From positions 2,432,001 through 2,496,000 of the forward strand of contig OZ254086.1 of NCBI GenBank assembly GCA_965267575.1: 64,000 nt of DNA, given 5' to 3'. Below the pieces are notes generated by a model. It saw only the letters and a program-made list of their open reading frames with translations, ran no database searches and had not been told where the DNA came from. This stretch comes from Calditrichales bacterium (GTDB lineage: Bacteria; Calditrichota; Calditrichia; Calditrichales; J004). Made by a program: the position numbers and the translations under genes. This document shows positions 62,438 through 64,000 of this stretch, piece by piece; positions within the stretch are counted from its first letter, which is position 1; every line of letters begins with the position of its first letter.

Positions 62438-64000
62438 TCAAACTGCCTCAGCGCCTGCACCTGCGGCAATGCCCTTATCCGCCATCTTAAACCACTTGAC
62501 GCGTATTTTGCGCGTGGCGTTTTCCACAACGATGTAAATAACAGGCACAACAATCAATGTCAGCACGGTGGCGATGGTCAGTCCGCCCATGACGGCACGG
62601 GCCATCGGTGCCCAGCTTTCGCCGCTTTCACCGACGCCCAGCGCCAGCGGCAGCATGGCCATAATTGTCGTCATCGCGGTCATCAGCACGGGGCGCAGGC
62701 GGATACGTCCGGCCTCGCGGATGGCTTCAAACAGGTCACGTCCGCGGTTGCGCAATTGGTTTACATAGTCCACCAAAACAATCCCGTTATTGACCACAAT
62801 GCCCACCAGCATCACCATCCCGATCAGCGCCATCACGCTTAAGGCTGTTCCCGTGATCACCAGCGCTAAGGCCACTCCTATAAAAGACATGGGGATGGTA
62901 AATATGATGATGAACGGCGACAGGAATGACTCAAACTGCGCCGCCATCACCATGTAGGTGAGCACAATGGCCACCAGGAAGGCCAGTCCCAAATACATAA
63001 ACGACTTCTGTTGCTCTTCGGCGGTACCGCCAATTTCCATGCGAAAATCGGTGGGTACGGCAACCCCGGCAATGGCTGTTTTCACGTCGTTGGTCACGCT
63101 TTGCAAATCGCGCCCGGCAATGCTGATGTTGACGGCAACCATGCGCTCCTGGTCCTCGCGTTTAATTTCCTTGGGCGCTGTGGTGTATTCAACGGTGGCA
63201 ACGGAGCGCAGGGGTATCTGCCTTTGCATAGGCGTCATCAGCAGGATGTTTTCAATGTCGCTCTTGCTGGTGCGGGCTTCTTTTTCCAGTTGCACGCGGA
63301 TGTCAAATTCATCGCCGCCTTCGCGGTAGCGCGTGGCAACGGTGCCCAGGATGCTGCTGCTTACCGCCTGTCCGATCTGCGCGGTACTTAATCCCAGATC
63401 GGAGATGCGTTGGCGGTCCAGGTGCACCTGCAGCTCCGGCGATGATTCCTTGATGCTGCTTTCGGCGTGTACGACACCTTCAATCTTGCTCACCTTGTCG
63501 ATGACCTGTCCGGCGAGAGCCTGGCTCATATTCATATCATGGCCGAATATTTCCACGGCGATGTCCGAGCCGGTGCCAAACATGGCGTTGTTACCGCGGT
63601 CCTCAAAACGCGCGTCCACATCGGGCAGATTTTTGAATTTCTCACGAAGAGCATCCTGGATTTCATGCATGCCGCGTTCACGGTCGGAGAGATTTCGCAG
63701 GCGCATGGTGATGTCACCTTCACTTGAACCGCGGCTGGAGAACAGCGCAAATATGCCCTCGCCCTGTCCGAATGTTGAGTAAACGATCTCCGCCTCAGTC
63801 ACTTCTTCCAGGATGATTTCATTCAGCTGATGCATGCTCTTTTCCATGGCCGGCATGCTTGTACCCGGCGTGCGGTCCACGGCGATGGAGATAAAGCCCA
63901 TGTCGTTTTCGGGGAAGAACTCGCCACCCATGTTGGCTACCAGCACAACCGAAAGCACAAACATACCAAGCGTGGAAAAGATGACCGTCTTACGGCGTTG
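62438..64000 (-). CDS. RND efflux permease (AcrB/AcrD/AcrF family), 5' part outside the window
   Basis: QFES...P, GIVVNNGIVLVD, RLRPVLMT and PMARAVMGGL motifs. Confidence 0.95.
   Translation of the reverse strand, partial: QRRKTVIFSTLGMFVLSVVLVANMGGEFFPENDMGFISIAVDRTPGTSMPAMEKSMHQLNEIILEEVTEAEIVYSTFGQGEGIFALFSSRGSSEGDITMRLRNLSDRERGMHEIQDALREKFKNLPDVDARFEDRGNNAMFGTGSDIAVEIFGHDMNMSQALAGQVIDKVSKIEGVVHAESSIKESSPELQVHLDRQRISDLGLSTAQIGQAVSSSILGTVATRYREGGDEFDIRVQLEKEARTSKSDIENILLMTPMQRQIPLRSVATVEYTTAPKEIKREDQERMVAVNISIAGRDLQSVTNDVKTAIAGVAVPTDFRMEIGGTAEEQQKSFMYLGLAFLVAIVLTYMVMAAQFESFLSPFIIIFTIPMSFIGVALALVITGTALSVMALIGMVMLVGIVVNNGIVLVDYVNQLRNRGRDLFEAIREAGRIRLRPVLMTAMTTIMAMLPLALGVGESGESWAPMARAVMGGLTIATVLTLIVVPVIYIVVENATRKIRVKWFKMADKGIAAGAGAEAV

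Overview
A 64-kb bacterial window of roughly 50% GC. Five secreted proteins carry the 'N(Y/W/F)PNPFN' C-terminal sorting domain and there is a short sigma-70 factor, which suggests an FCB-group or Calditrichota-like organism (inference). Positions 1-37.7 kb are mostly core or lineage-typical genes. They include an N-acetyl-beta-lysine operon (ablA, a sodium:solute symporter, ablB) preceded by an unannotated polyproline leader ORF; csaA; large secreted proteins; and a LytS/LytTR system with visible operator boxes. Also present are an ECF sigma/anti-sigma pair with twin promoters, deoB next to two BMC vertex genes, gatC-kdsB-pyrG and queDEFC. Positions 37.7-62.4 kb are a mosaic accessory region. 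It holds an integron-type cassette with a clear attC but no integrase, an mgtE block and other cargo bounded by degenerate duplications of a gene 3' end, a helicase-nuclease and a FunZ-like ATPase (defence candidates), and katG. A ~525-bp duplication of the katG 3' end brackets a cargo gene, and an IS200-type HUH transposase sits in an array of 15 alternating bipartite hairpin (REP-like) units. The window ends inside an RND permease gene. All product calls come from motif recognition by eye; no database searches were run.
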